A stretch of DNA of 64,000 nt from an uncultured delta proteobacterium (lineage in GTDB: Bacteria; Desulfobacterota; Syntrophobacteria; BM002), in contig CAVQGX010000018.1 of assembly GCA_963712115.1 (NCBI GenBank), positions 1 through 64,000 of the forward strand. The letters are read 5' to 3'. Below, piece after piece: positions 9,195 through 19,318 of this stretch. The translations under genes were made by a program, and so were the position numbers. The notes under the pieces are model-generated. The model did not search any database, was not told the origin of the DNA, and worked only from the letters and a program-made list of their open reading frames with translations. Each line of letters opens with the position of its first letter. Within the stretch, counting starts at the first letter, position 1.

Positions 9195-9421
9195 TAGCCC
9201 GGATATTTCATGAATCACTTGCTGCGATCACGGATATGGCCGTCCTTCTCTCCGAGCTGTAGGCTCTACGAGCCGGAGGCCGAGCGTCCTCGGGTGTCGG
9301 CCCCTGCGGCGTACCATTCAGGTACGCCTCGAGACCAATCCCGCGGTACCGCGGGACGGTTGCCCGGAGGCACGCCCATCTTCGTGATCTCGTGACAGCA
9401 ATTCATGCAACATCCAGGCTA
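9195..9421. mobile_element. MITE-like repeat with terminal inverted repeats (copy 1, with a 32-nt nested insert)
   Basis: TAGCCCGGATATTTCATGAAT...ATTCATGCAACATCCAGGCTA; inverted homolog at 55464-55658. Confidence 0.7.
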
Positions 9422-9432
9422 GGAGACTTTGG

Positions 9433-10389
9433 ATGAAAACCGGGAAAAAGTTGTCAGCAAGTGTGATCCTGTTGTTCTTTGTCATTTTGAGCCATTCTAG
9501 TTTCCCTGTCTGGGCCCAATCTTTCAGCCGTCTCAATCTCGATCCTCACCGAGTGCTCTGGAGTGATCTTTCCTTTAGTGCCAGAGGGACTGTTGTGGAC
9601 GTGGCGGTTGACATTCGGCTGTCTCCCTTTCCCTCAGCTGAGTTCCAATCAATGTGGCAAACCTACCCCCAGTCCATTCCACTGCCATCAGTGGGCCAAG
9701 AAGTGTATAAGCTCGAGGTCAATAGGGTCATAGATCACATCTTCAGTCGAGCTGTAAAGTTATCCGATCAGGTTTTGTTTAATCCCGATCAAGCAAACTC
9801 CCTATACGGGCTTCGATTGCGTCGCGGCAAGGATGATATCGAGAGAGCCTATTGGTTCAGTGGGGAAGGAGTCCATCGGTTGCGGAGAATGCCCAAAACC
9901 AAGGGTGAGACTTCACTTGATCCGGCAAAATGGACAGATGTCAAGACTAGCTTCTATCCCTACGATCTGACTCGCCTAGAGTGCCCGCAAGTAGTCGATC
10001 CTATGCTTCTTATATATCTTGTGTCCGCCGCTCCATTCAACAAAGACGGCGAGGTTTTATCCCTGTGCGCATTCGGAAAACAACAGTTGCATCAAGTGCG
10101 GCTAAGGGTTCAAGGATTGCAGACTCTTGAGGTTGATTATTCGGAGAAAGCCGGTGAGGGTGAGGTGCGGAAAAAGGGTAAGGTGGATGGACTGAGGATA
10201 ACACTCGAGTCCGAGCCAATGCTAGAGGATAAAAAAAATGCGGAGAACTTCTCCTTTCTCGGAATGCACGAGGACATAGCTATCCATATCGATCCAGAGT
10301 TGCGCATACCTCTCCAGGTCAGCGGAAGAATCCCCACCGTTGGAGCCGTGACCTTGAAACTAGGTGAAGTAAAAATGAGAGGGCAGTAG
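9433..10389 (+). CDS. Secreted hypothetical protein (possibly DUF3108-like)
   Basis: N-terminal signal peptide; beta-rich pattern; long ORF with RBS. Confidence 0.65.
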   Translation: MKTGKKLSASVILLFFVILSHSSFPVWAQSFSRLNLDPHRVLWSDLSFSARGTVVDVAVDIRLSPFPSAEFQSMWQTYPQSIPLPSVGQEVYKLEVNRVIDHIFSRAVKLSDQVLFNPDQANSLYGLRLRRGKDDIERAYWFSGEGVHRLRRMPKTKGETSLDPAKWTDVKTSFYPYDLTRLECPQVVDPMLLIYLVSAAPFNKDGEVLSLCAFGKQQLHQVRLRVQGLQTLEVDYSEKAGEGEVRKKGKVDGLRITLESEPMLEDKKNAENFSFLGMHEDIAIHIDPELRIPLQVSGRIPTVGAVTLKLGEVKMRGQ

Positions 10390-10490
10390 CAATTTTAGAA
10401 TGCAGATCACAGATTTCAGACTTCGCTGAGCTCCATTACTCCAATCAAGGTTGATAATTGTAGGAGCGGTTTCCCCGAAGGCGGGACAAG

Positions 10491-11183
10491 TTAGCCGCGA
10501 TTGTGACGCCTCAGGATTAGCTCCGATATCTGCCTGGGGTTCAATTGTCGTAGCGAGGTCACCACCAGATGTGCCATAGTCAAACTCTCAGGAGGTGCGG
10601 TGCCCGCTAAAGCAATTGCGGTCATACCGCCGGCAAGAGCTGCTGCTATCCCAGCAACCGCATCCTCGATTACAGCACAATCTGATGGTTCCAACCCCAT
10701 CCGTTGGGCTGCCAACAGGAAAACCTGTGGATTTGGTTTGCCGCGGGTCACGTCACTTCCGGTGACAACTGCCTTAAAGGAGTTTGCCCGGTCCAGCCCA
10801 TTTAGGGACATTTCAACGTTTTCTGGTGGTGCCGAGGAGCCAATACCTAGGACAAAACCTTCTGCAGCTAAACCGTCGATGAGTTGGATTGCGCCGTCCA
10901 TCTTAGGAAAGTTCCGCTGCAGATTTTCACGGTACAGGGCTTGTTTTTGCCTGTGAATTGAAACAACCTGCTCTGCGGGGAGATCCTCACCCCATATCTC
11001 GCGCACGATTTCACTGCCTCTTCGCCCAAAGAGGGAGTCAAAGTCCTTTTCGCTGAGAGTAATTGAGTGTTTTTCAGCAATGGATCGCCAGCACTCGTAG
11101 TGCATCTTGTAAGAATCTAAGAGCACACCGTCTATGTCGAAGATTACCCCAAGCCGCCCTTGAAGACTCTGCTGCATAGTCAC
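10491..11183 (-). CDS. HAD-family phosphatase (beta-PGM-like)
   Basis: FDIDGVLLDS, GKPNP, IEDA..GI.AA..GM. Confidence 0.9.
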   Translation of the reverse strand: MTMQQSLQGRLGVIFDIDGVLLDSYKMHYECWRSIAEKHSITLSEKDFDSLFGRRGSEIVREIWGEDLPAEQVVSIHRQKQALYRENLQRNFPKMDGAIQLIDGLAAEGFVLGIGSSAPPENVEMSLNGLDRANSFKAVVTGSDVTRGKPNPQVFLLAAQRMGLEPSDCAVIEDAVAGIAAALAGGMTAIALAGTAPPESLTMAHLVVTSLRQLNPRQISELILRRHNRG

Positions 11184-11489
11184 CTTGCCATTGGGTCTGG
11201 TTTCCCATCCCTTGCCAAGAGAGACGGGAGATTTATCGCCATAAAATGCACTCTAGTTAACTAGATTAACGGGGCAGACAAAGATCTCAAAAGAAATTTC
11301 CACATTGGTGTCAAACTCTTTGCGTATTTCGTGGCCTTCGTGCTTATATATATTGTAGCGAAATAGTTCAAGCTTGGTTTTAACAAGAGACTATTAAAGT
11401 TTGACCCCATTTGGACGAAATGATATGGGGATATTGGTTTTGAGCCCAGGAAAGATGGGCTATACTTGCGGAGAGATAAGGAGGCGGCC

Positions 11490-12104
11490 ATGGCTGCATC
11501 AAAAACGAAATTGAATAGAAGGGAAGGAAAAAAAGGCGTTGGGACCTACACACTCATTGCCATATTGATACTAGTGCTTGGACTTCTCTTTGCTGTCAGC
11601 ATGAGCAATAGATCAACCTACCAGTTTGTGAGCAACGGAGAGACAATTACCTTGTGGAAAGGTAAATTTATCCCCAAGGGCTCGGAGCCAGAGAAAAACT
11701 TCGACCCTCTGCAAGCGGGTGAGCTAGACGCAAGTGGACTAACGGGCAAGAGTTACGTTGGGCAAGAGGCCGCTTACAAGGCTTTGTTCGGTCATCTGAT
11801 GGCTCTTATTGCTGCCGAGTCAGCCAAAGGAAAAGAAGCCGACCTCAACAAGCTTAAAACCTTATTGGACAAAGGCGAGAACCTTCTTAACCGCGGCGAG
11901 AGGGGGGGTGTGGAGCTGTTGGACGCTAGATTTCAATTGGCTAAAGCTCTGGTTGCCGTTGCCGAGATGAGTCTTGAGCGAGCTTACAGTAAAGCTCTGC
12001 CAGTATACGAAGAAGCTATTAAATCAGGAACAGGAGACAAAGAAACTCTAGCGATAAAGAGGGATAGCATGCAGTCGGTAGTGGAATCTGCTACCTCGGA
12101 ATAA
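11490..12104 (+). CDS. Membrane-anchored hypothetical protein
   Basis: AAGGAGG RBS; single N-terminal TM segment; helical C-terminus. Confidence 0.7.
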   Translation: MAASKTKLNRREGKKGVGTYTLIAILILVLGLLFAVSMSNRSTYQFVSNGETITLWKGKFIPKGSEPEKNFDPLQAGELDASGLTGKSYVGQEAAYKALFGHLMALIAAESAKGKEADLNKLKTLLDKGENLLNRGERGGVELLDARFQLAKALVAVAEMSLERAYSKALPVYEEAIKSGTGDKETLAIKRDSMQSVVESATSE

Positions 12105-12120
12105 AGCTAGCCCCTGTGGG

Positions 12121-13602
12121 CTAGTTCACCAATTTATTGCCTAAACGCACCACTTCAGCCACCAACTCCTCAAAATCCTCCCGTCTACTGCGGTGGTTGG
12201 TAATTGCCACTCGAAGTGCATACCTGCCTTTAATCAAAGTGTAAGAAGGAGCTGCAACTCCACTCTCGTGCAATTGAATAAGAAGTTCTTTGTTTATCTC
12301 ATTGAGGGTTTCATCGTCATGCTGGTCGGCTATGAATCGAAAGCAGACAATATTCAGTGGAACCGGGGCCAGTAGCTGGAGATCAGCTGAATCTTCCACG
12401 AGCTTGGCCAGATAGTGGGCTTGATCGACGTTTTGCTTGATTAGTCTTGCGTATTTTTGGACACCGTGCTCTTTTATGGACATCCACACTTTTAGAGCAC
12501 GAAAACCGCGGGATAATTGCACACCGTAGTCGCTAAACCAGATTTTGCCGCCCGCAAGCCCGCGGTCCGAGTGGGTCAAGTAATCAGGTGTCAGGGCAAA
12601 AGCTTTACGGTGGGCCTCCTCTTGTCGGACTAAGGCACAACCAACTTCGTAAGGCATATACATCCACTTGTGTAAATCAAAGGCGAGGGAGTCGGCCTTT
12701 TCCATACCAGCCACCAGCGGCCGGAGCTCCGGAGACAAACCGGCCAGGGCACCAAAGGCACCGTCAACGTGGAACCACAGTTTTTCGCGGTCACAGATAT
12801 GAGCAAGTGCTTCCAAGTCGTCTATTGCTCCAGTGTTAACAGTCCCGGCGTTAGCGACAACACAAAAGGGTTGACAACCTGCTTGCCTGTCTCGAGCTAT
12901 AGCGGTCTCTAACTCAGACAAGTCGATTTGAAAATCTTTGTCTACGGGTATCTGGCGAAAAGAGTTGCTTCCCAGCCCCAGGAGTTCAACCGCCTTTTGT
13001 ACTGAACTGTGAGTCTCATTGGAACCATAGAGGGTCATTTTGCGGGTCGAAGAATAGATTCCTTGTTGGCGCAGGTCAAATTCAGCTTTGGTATTCCGGG
13101 CCACGGTTAAACCAACCAGGTTGGCCATAGAGCCTCCGCTTACCAGCAAACCACTGGCTTCGGCAGGATAGGCCAGCATCTCTTTGCACCAATCGAGCAC
13201 TTGTGACTCGACATAATTGGCTACATGGTCGGCACCGCCAACGTTGGGGTTCATTCCAGCTGCGAGCATATCCGCCAACATGCCCAGAGGTGTGCCGGTT
13301 CCGATTACCCAACCCCAGAACCTGGGATGAATATTTCCCATGGGATGGGGGAGCACGTATTCCAAGAAATCACGGTATGTTTGTTCCGGTCCCTGCGGTT
13401 TCATTGGTAGGGGCTGATTGAAGTATTCCTTTACTTCTCTTGGAATTGGTTGCCACACATGACGGTCACGCACGGTTTCCAAATAAGTCAACATGTCATC
13501 AACCATGCGGTGGCCCAGGGCCCGCATCAGTTGCCAATCTTCAGGATCGAGTGATTCCTCTTTAGTGACATTCTCACTGCTCATGGTTGTTCTGCCCTCC
13601 AT
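12121..13602 (-). CDS. Group II PLP-dependent (aromatic) amino-acid decarboxylase
   Basis: HPRFWG, SGGSMAN, GTVNTGAID, HVDGAFG, DLHKW; start may be 13584. Confidence 0.92.
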   Translation of the reverse strand: MEGRTTMSSENVTKEESLDPEDWQLMRALGHRMVDDMLTYLETVRDRHVWQPIPREVKEYFNQPLPMKPQGPEQTYRDFLEYVLPHPMGNIHPRFWGWVIGTGTPLGMLADMLAAGMNPNVGGADHVANYVESQVLDWCKEMLAYPAEASGLLVSGGSMANLVGLTVARNTKAEFDLRQQGIYSSTRKMTLYGSNETHSSVQKAVELLGLGSNSFRQIPVDKDFQIDLSELETAIARDRQAGCQPFCVVANAGTVNTGAIDDLEALAHICDREKLWFHVDGAFGALAGLSPELRPLVAGMEKADSLAFDLHKWMYMPYEVGCALVRQEEAHRKAFALTPDYLTHSDRGLAGGKIWFSDYGVQLSRGFRALKVWMSIKEHGVQKYARLIKQNVDQAHYLAKLVEDSADLQLLAPVPLNIVCFRFIADQHDDETLNEINKELLIQLHESGVAAPSYTLIKGRYALRVAITNHRSRREDFEELVAEVVRLGNKLVN

Positions 13603-13743
13603 GCCTTATATGGTAATTGTGAGGAGGAAGAATAACACAGAAAAGGGAGGGATTTGCAAAATAATGAGAGGGAAAGGATGCTTGCTGCAGTCGTCTTTAC
13701 CACACCTGGCTAACCGGGCAAAGGACAGGGGATTGGAGAGTCT

Positions 13744-13956
13744 CTATCTTATTTCTGGTCGGTTAAGCAGGTTATAAGGTAAGAGCAAGACTGCTAGGAT
13801 CGCCTGAAAAACAGAGCTGACAAACATAACTAAGTAGCAGGGCATGGGCTTAGTGATCTCATTCCAGCTTAAATTCTTCATAGTACTTTTCCCCGATTGT
13901 TCTGGGCGGTCAACCGACCTATTTTCACTTTTGTTTATATTGGCTTGGTTGCTCAT
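13744..13956 (-). CDS. Small hypothetical protein with one TM segment
   Basis: Lies directly behind a sigma54 promoter; purine-rich RBS; hydrophobic C-terminal stretch. Confidence 0.5.
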   Translation of the reverse strand: MSNQANINKSENRSVDRPEQSGKSTMKNLSWNEITKPMPCYLVMFVSSVFQAILAVLLLPYNLLNRPEIR

Positions 13957-14009
13957 GGCCCTTCTCGGAAAAAAAGCTTGAAGTGAAGATTTTTCTTGCC
14001 CTTACATAA

Positions 14010-14026
14010 CGCAACGAATGTGCCAA
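14010..14026 (-). promoter_or_regulatory. sigma54 promoter
   Basis: TTGGCACATTCGTTGCG: GG-N10-GC; AT-rich tract 14030-14100 upstream. Confidence 0.75.
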
Positions 14027-14146
14027 CTTCTCAATAATTGAAATCATTAAACTATATTTTGGGTAACATGCTAAAATAATTATAATTTTATGCTATAAAC
14101 AGCTCTCGCCGCTGGAAGAGAAAGGAGGTTTTTGCGGAGGGCAAAA

Positions 14147-14251
14147 GCAAACTAAGTTGGCAATTCTTCTTAGGCATGTAAAAATAGACATTGTTTTCAA
14201 GGGGTTGTGTAGTGGTAACTAAGTTGGCACCTGGTGGGCACGAAGTTGGCG
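14147..14251. promoter_or_regulatory. Putative enhancer (UAS) sites for the adjacent sigma54 activator
   Basis: Repeated near-palindromes GCAAACTAAGTTGGCA, GTAACTAAGTTGGCA, GGCACGAAGTTGGCG. Confidence 0.55.
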
Positions 14252-14258
14252 GGCAGGC

Positions 14259-15869
14259 TTAGAGCCCGTATCTTTGCATCTTTTTCATTAAACCATTTCG
14301 ACTCAAACCCAATTCCTTTGCCACTCTGGTCTTATTACCTTGGTGCTCCCGGAGCTTTTCCACTAGAACTGATTTTTCCAGGGTCTCAACCATTTCCTTC
14401 AAAGAGTGGCGCAGCTGAACTCCATGGATTCCACTGGCCGAGGTGTCCCGTATTTTGGGACTTAGATTGGACAATTCGATTAAGTTGCCATCAGTCACCA
14501 TAGCCACCGCTCTTTCAATTTCGTTCTCCAGTTCTCTCACGTTTCCTGGGAACGGGTAGGCCACCAGAGCATCCAGGGCTTGCTGACTCAATCCTTTAAC
14601 AGGCTTCTTAGTTTTCTTTTTATACTTTGCAACAAAATGGTTTGCCAGCACTGGGATGTCTCCAACCCTCTCGCGAAGGGGTGGTAGTCTAATGGCAAAA
14701 ACCGAGAGTCTATAAAAGAGGTCCTCTCGTAATCTTCCTTCTTGCAGCTCCTTTTCAAGATTCTTGTTGGTGGCCGAAATCACCCTGACATCTACTTTCT
14801 TGCTCAGATCCGATCCTAATGGCTTTATCTCACCTTCTTGCAGAACGCGCAAAAGACTTGTTTGCATGGCAGGGGACATCTCCCCCACCTCGTCCAGGAA
14901 CACCGTGCCCCCGTGAGCAATTTCGAAAAGTCCCTTCTTGTCCCTGACAGCTCCAGTAAAAGCCCCTCTCTTGTGACCAAAAAGCTCGCTTGCCAGCAAG
15001 GTGTCAGGAATGCCGCCGCAGTTCTGAGAAACAAAATGGTTGTCTTTTCGGGGTCCGTTGAAATGGATAGTGCGGGCAATGAGCTCTTTTCCTGTGCCCG
15101 TATCCCCTTCCACCAGAACTGTTATGTCGGAGTCAATTACCCTTTCACAAAGTCTAAAAACCTCCAACATAGGCTCGCTATTTCCTATGATCTGGTCAAA
15201 ACGATAGTGCCTCTCAACCTCCCGCCTGAGGAAGGCAACCTCGTTTCTAGTCTGGGCGATGAGTTCGTCTTTATCTTTGTTTATAAGCTGAAGTTCTCTA
15301 TATGCTCTGTTAAGCTCGGTGCACATTCTGGCATTGTCTAGTGCCATGGCAATAATGGGTGCCAAGGTTACCAGAAAATTTAAGTTTTTTTCATCAAAAT
15401 CACCTTTTATCTTATTGAGAACTTCAAGAACGCCTATGGTCTGCTCTTTAGTTTTGAGAGGTACCGCTATCATGGATTTGGTATGAAATTGAGTGGCAGT
15501 ATCAACGTTGCTGTAATGTCGAGGATCACTGCTGACGTCTAAGATGATTTCTGCTTTACCACTTTTGAAAACGCCACCCGCTATTCCATGATCAGGGGGA
15601 ATACGAATCTCTTCAAGTTTGTCTAAGCGTTCTGGTATGTCACTAGACCAGCAGAAGACCAGCTCATCTTTTCCCTCGTCATACAGAATTACCGACACTG
15701 CCTCTGCACGCATCACATCTGTTATTTGCCTGACTATATGGCGAATAAGATCATCGACATTGAGATACTGGTAAAGAGATTGGGTTATTTCCCAAAGGGA
15801 TTTCAGTTCTTGATGTTCGCGGCTGAGGGGCGGATTATCTCCGCCACTTTCCATTGTTTTCTTGCTCAT
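14259..15869 (-). CDS. GAF + sigma54-dependent AAA+ activator with Fis HTH
   Basis: GDTGTGKE, SELFGH, GAFTGA, REDLFYRL, FPGNVREL; N-terminal GAF domain. Confidence 0.95.
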   Translation of the reverse strand: MSKKTMESGGDNPPLSREHQELKSLWEITQSLYQYLNVDDLIRHIVRQITDVMRAEAVSVILYDEGKDELVFCWSSDIPERLDKLEEIRIPPDHGIAGGVFKSGKAEIILDVSSDPRHYSNVDTATQFHTKSMIAVPLKTKEQTIGVLEVLNKIKGDFDEKNLNFLVTLAPIIAMALDNARMCTELNRAYRELQLINKDKDELIAQTRNEVAFLRREVERHYRFDQIIGNSEPMLEVFRLCERVIDSDITVLVEGDTGTGKELIARTIHFNGPRKDNHFVSQNCGGIPDTLLASELFGHKRGAFTGAVRDKKGLFEIAHGGTVFLDEVGEMSPAMQTSLLRVLQEGEIKPLGSDLSKKVDVRVISATNKNLEKELQEGRLREDLFYRLSVFAIRLPPLRERVGDIPVLANHFVAKYKKKTKKPVKGLSQQALDALVAYPFPGNVRELENEIERAVAMVTDGNLIELSNLSPKIRDTSASGIHGVQLRHSLKEMVETLEKSVLVEKLREHQGNKTRVAKELGLSRNGLMKKMQRYGL

Positions 15870-15950
15870 TGCCCTCACCAAGAAATTAGTGACTGAAAAA
15901 GCCAGCAAATCCACTTTGACGAGCTAGGAAGCTTCAATTCTAGTAGGGTT

Positions 15951-15996
15951 AAAGTACCTCCCTTAGAGAAATTCTGTCAATCCAAAAAACCACCAT
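15951..15996 (-). promoter_or_regulatory. sigma70-type promoter with upstream 16-bp box
   Basis: ATGGTGGTTTTTTGGA-TTGACA-N18-TACTTT. Confidence 0.6.
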
Positions 15997-16068
15997 AATA
16001 GTCAGCAGGTTTCGGCTCCAGCCCATTCTTGTTTGTGGTTGCAGAAATGTAAGATCGAGCAGATATCC

Positions 16069-16182
16069 CTACTTGAAGATCTCTTCAAAAAAGACCTTCA
16101 TGTCCGCCCAGGATCTGAGATCCGCAGATTTACTGTACTTCAAGGCATCCATCCCAAACTTGTCCGCCCGGGGTTAGTGAAA
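16069..16182 (-). pseudogene. C-terminal remnant of a dienelactone-hydrolase-family gene
   Basis: Reads FTNP / ADKFGMDALKYSKSADLRSWADMKVFFEEIFK*; truncated at a MITE-like end. Confidence 0.55.
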
Positions 16183-16618
16183 CATGCGGGCTAAATATCG
16201 TCATATACTAAAATTGATGAGCCTAAACTGAAGGGATGAAAAAGATTACTCAAGATTTCGGGGGTAATGGGATTCTTGATTTTTTTTGCCTCGGGGTTTC
16301 CCTTCGGTTAGAATTATCGCGATTGTCCTGGAACTCTCGTTCAAGCTTGAGTTACTCCTCTGTTCATTTCGTATTCATTCTGTCTGGCCTGTATCATGGT
16401 TCTCCTCCTCGACTTGTTGTGACTCATTTTTTAGTGGAATTATCCTAGTATGATGGTATATATTTGTCGGGTCGACTTATTGACAAACCCTATTTTCCTC
16501 CATGTGCTCCTATATGGTGGATCTGATCACAAGAAATAATCAATCCAGATTTTGTGATGACGGTAGGACCTGCTGAGAGTGTGTAGGCAAATCAGCTTGG
16601 CAGGGGTAGGGGAGTACT

Positions 16619-17056
16619 GTGTTTTTTGATTTCGCCAATGTTTTCATTTTCATCATCCTTGGGCTGGCCATGACCTTTGTGATCATTACGGTTTCAAGGC
16701 TTCTGGCCCCTCGGGTTCAGGATAACCCGGACAAGTTTACCACCTACGAGTGTGGCGAACGTCCCGTGGGCTCGGCCTGGATACTGTTTAACTTCAGGTT
16801 CTATGCGGTAGCACTGGCCTTTCTAATTTTCGACATCGAATTAGCCTTTGTTTTTCCTTGTGTAGTTATTTTCAAAAAATGGCTCAAGCTGGGTGTGGGA
16901 TTTTTGGCCCTGATTGAAGTTGTGGTATTTGTCGTCATCCTTTTCCTTGGCTTGATCTACATGTGGAACCGGGGCGACCTCAAGTGGACCAAGGAAGTGC
17001 CAGAGGAATTGGAGGAGGGAGTAATATTGGAGGAAGAAAGACCGATAGTCTTCTGA
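16619..17056 (+). CDS. nuoA: NADH-quinone oxidoreductase subunit A
   Basis: YECG, FY..AL.FLIFDIE. Confidence 0.95.
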   Translation: MFFDFANVFIFIILGLAMTFVIITVSRLLAPRVQDNPDKFTTYECGERPVGSAWILFNFRFYAVALAFLIFDIELAFVFPCVVIFKKWLKLGVGFLALIEVVVFVVILFLGLIYMWNRGDLKWTKEVPEELEEGVILEEERPIVF

Positions 17057-17102
17057 ACCGATTCTCCGCAAAAGACTTATGTCCATTTAAAGGAAAACTG
17101 AG

Positions 17103-17600
17103 ATGGTAAATATTTATCATAAGATGCCTTCCGAGGGGTTTTTTGGTGCTGTTTTCACCACAGTTGATAAGGCCTTAAACTGGTTCAGACTATCTTCGGT
17201 CTGGTACCTTCTCTTCGGTCTGGCCTGTTGCGGCATTGAACTGATGCAGACCGGCGGGCCGCGGGCTGACATTGATCGAATAGGTTGCGTGCCTCGTCCC
17301 ACTCCCCGACAGGCAGACCTGATGATCGTGGCCGGCACCCTGACTTACAAAATGGCCTCGAGGCTGCGCCTCCTCTACGATCAGATGGCAGAACCGAAAT
17401 ATGTCATTGCCATGGGAAGTTGCGCCAATTGCGGCGGTCTCTTTCAACTTTCCTATTCAGTGGTCAAGGGGGTGGACAAGATTGTGCCGGTGGACGTCTA
17501 TGTTCCTGGCTGTCCACCAAGGCCAGAGGCTCTGACAGAAGGGATTTTGAAGCTCCAAGAGAAAATTCGCCAAGAACGATTTCTGGTGAAAAAAGCATAA
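17103..17600 (+). CDS. nuoB: NADH-quinone oxidoreductase subunit B
   Basis: [25 protein letters not shown]. Confidence 0.95.
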   Translation: MVNIYHKMPSEGFFGAVFTTVDKALNWFRLSSVWYLLFGLACCGIELMQTGGPRADIDRIGCVPRPTPRQADLMIVAGTLTYKMASRLRLLYDQMAEPKYVIAMGSCANCGGLFQLSYSVVKGVDKIVPVDVYVPGCPPRPEALTEGILKLQEKIRQERFLVKKA

Positions 17601-18139
17601 TGGAAACACGATCAATCCTAGAAAGAATCAAACGGATTATTGGAGATGCTGATCTGGAATGGGTCGATGAGCAGCCGGGAGATCCCTATTTATTAGTAAC
17701 CAAAGAGAAGTTGCTACGGCTGGCCATTTACCTAAAGGGTGATCGTTATCTCGCCTTTGACACACTTGTGTGTTTGAGCGGGGTGCACAATATGGGGGAT
17801 GAAGATGAAATTGAGGTGGTCTATCATCTTTATTCGTTACGCCACCGCCACCAGTTCATTCTCAAAGTCAAGCTGGATCGACCCGTATTTTTCCCCCATT
17901 TCTATCTCAGAGTAGATTCGGTCTCAGGAATCTGGCCTGCTGCCGGCTGGATGGAACGGGAGGCCTATGACATGTTCGGCATCCATTTTGTCGGGCACAA
18001 TGATTTCCGCAGGTTGCTCCTTCCCCCTGACTGGGAAGGTCACCCACTACAGAAGGACTATCAAGAATCTGCAGCCTACCGAGATATAAGTACAACCAGG
18101 GAAGAGGTTGAAGGGATATTAGTGGGGTTACAGGAGTAA
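17600..18139 (+). CDS. nuoC: NADH-quinone oxidoreductase subunit C
   Basis: W.ERE.YDMFGI.F.GH..RR.L.P..W.GHPL.KDY; ATG overlaps the nuoB stop. Confidence 0.93.
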   Translation: METRSILERIKRIIGDADLEWVDEQPGDPYLLVTKEKLLRLAIYLKGDRYLAFDTLVCLSGVHNMGDEDEIEVVYHLYSLRHRHQFILKVKLDRPVFFPHFYLRVDSVSGIWPAAGWMEREAYDMFGIHFVGHNDFRRLLLPPDWEGHPLQKDYQESAAYRDISTTREEVEGILVGLQE

Positions 18140-18142
18140 TAG

Positions 18143-19258
18143 ATGCCTCTGGCGACAGAAACAATGGTCCTCAACATGGGCCCGCACCATCCCAGTACCC
18201 ATGGGGTCCTCCGTTTCATCCTCCGCACGGATGGTGAAGTAATCCACCTGTGCCGTCCGGATATTGGTTACCTCCATCGGGGGTTGGAGAAGATCGCCGA
18301 GCAGGTTCCTTACGCTCATTTCATGCCATATACGGATCGCCTCGATTACCTAGCAGCTATGAACTGCAACCTGGGTTATGCCATTACAGTAGAGCGGGCG
18401 GCTGAGATTGAGGTGCCGCCACGGGCCGAGTACATTCGGGTGCTGGTGGCTGAACTCAACCGCATCATTAGCCACTTAATCTCGGTGGGCACTTTCGCCA
18501 TGGACATGGGGGCGGTCACTCCTTTCACCCACACAATACGGGAGAGGGAATGGGTCAATGATCTGTTCGAAGAACTCTGTGGTGCACGGCTCACCTACAA
18601 CTATATTCGCTTCGGCGGGGTAGCCTTCGATTTGCCCGAAGGATTTCTTCATAGGCTCAGCCGTTTCCTGGACTACTTCGAGCCGCGACTCGAGCAATAC
18701 AACCGGTTCATATCTAAAAACAAGATTTTCAAGGAACGGTTGGTGGGGGTTGCAGTGATTAGCCCCGAAGAGGCGCTAGACTACAGGCTCGTGGGCCCGA
18801 ATCTGCGGGCTTCCGGTATTGACTGGGACTTGAGGCGGGATGAACCCTATTCAGTCTACGGAGATCTGGAATTCGATGTTCCTGTAGGGGTTTCAGAGCT
18901 TGGAGAGCTTGGCGACTGCTACAGTCGTTACTGGATCCGTATCCGAGAGATGGAACAAAGTGTGCGAATTCTGCGCCAATGTGCGGAAAAAATGGTCGAA
19001 GGCCCCTTCTGGAACAGGTCGAAAAAGAAATTGAAGGTAGAGCCAGGAGAGTTTTACGTGCGCACTGAGGCGCCCCGGGGTGAATTGGGTTTTTACCTTA
19101 TCAGCAAGGGCGGACCTAAGCCTCACCGGTTGAAAATAATGACCGGTTCATTTTCAGCAATGAGCATTGTCGAGAAAGTGGGTTCCGGCCTCATGGTGGC
19201 CGATTTAGTGGCCCTCATTGCCAGTTTGGACGTGGTGGCACCGGAAGTCGACCGGTAA
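18143..19258 (+). CDS. nuoD: NADH-quinone oxidoreductase subunit D
   Basis: NMGPHHPSTHGVLR, GYLHRG.EK, EVDR C-terminus; no NiFe CxxC motifs. Confidence 0.95.
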   Translation: MPLATETMVLNMGPHHPSTHGVLRFILRTDGEVIHLCRPDIGYLHRGLEKIAEQVPYAHFMPYTDRLDYLAAMNCNLGYAITVERAAEIEVPPRAEYIRVLVAELNRIISHLISVGTFAMDMGAVTPFTHTIREREWVNDLFEELCGARLTYNYIRFGGVAFDLPEGFLHRLSRFLDYFEPRLEQYNRFISKNKIFKERLVGVAVISPEEALDYRLVGPNLRASGIDWDLRRDEPYSVYGDLEFDVPVGVSELGELGDCYSRYWIRIREMEQSVRILRQCAEKMVEGPFWNRSKKKLKVEPGEFYVRTEAPRGELGFYLISKGGPKPHRLKIMTGSFSAMSIVEKVGSGLMVADLVALIASLDVVAPEVDR

Positions 19259-19318
19259 GACGCAAAGCGCATGGCGCATAGCGAAATGCCAGCAGGCAGC
19301 TAGCAGCCGGCAGGCAAA

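Noticed and set aside
14225-14241. Plus-strand sigma54 promoter TGGCACCTGGTGGGCA
   Set aside because: Lacks TT before the GC and points antisense into the activator gene; better read as an enhancer half-site
17285-17599. N-terminal extension of nuoC in the ORF track
   Set aside because: Overlaps nuoB out of frame; the real start is ATG 17600
18143-19258. Group 4 NiFe hydrogenase large subunit
   Set aside because: Lacks both CxxC Ni-binding motifs and has NuoD termini
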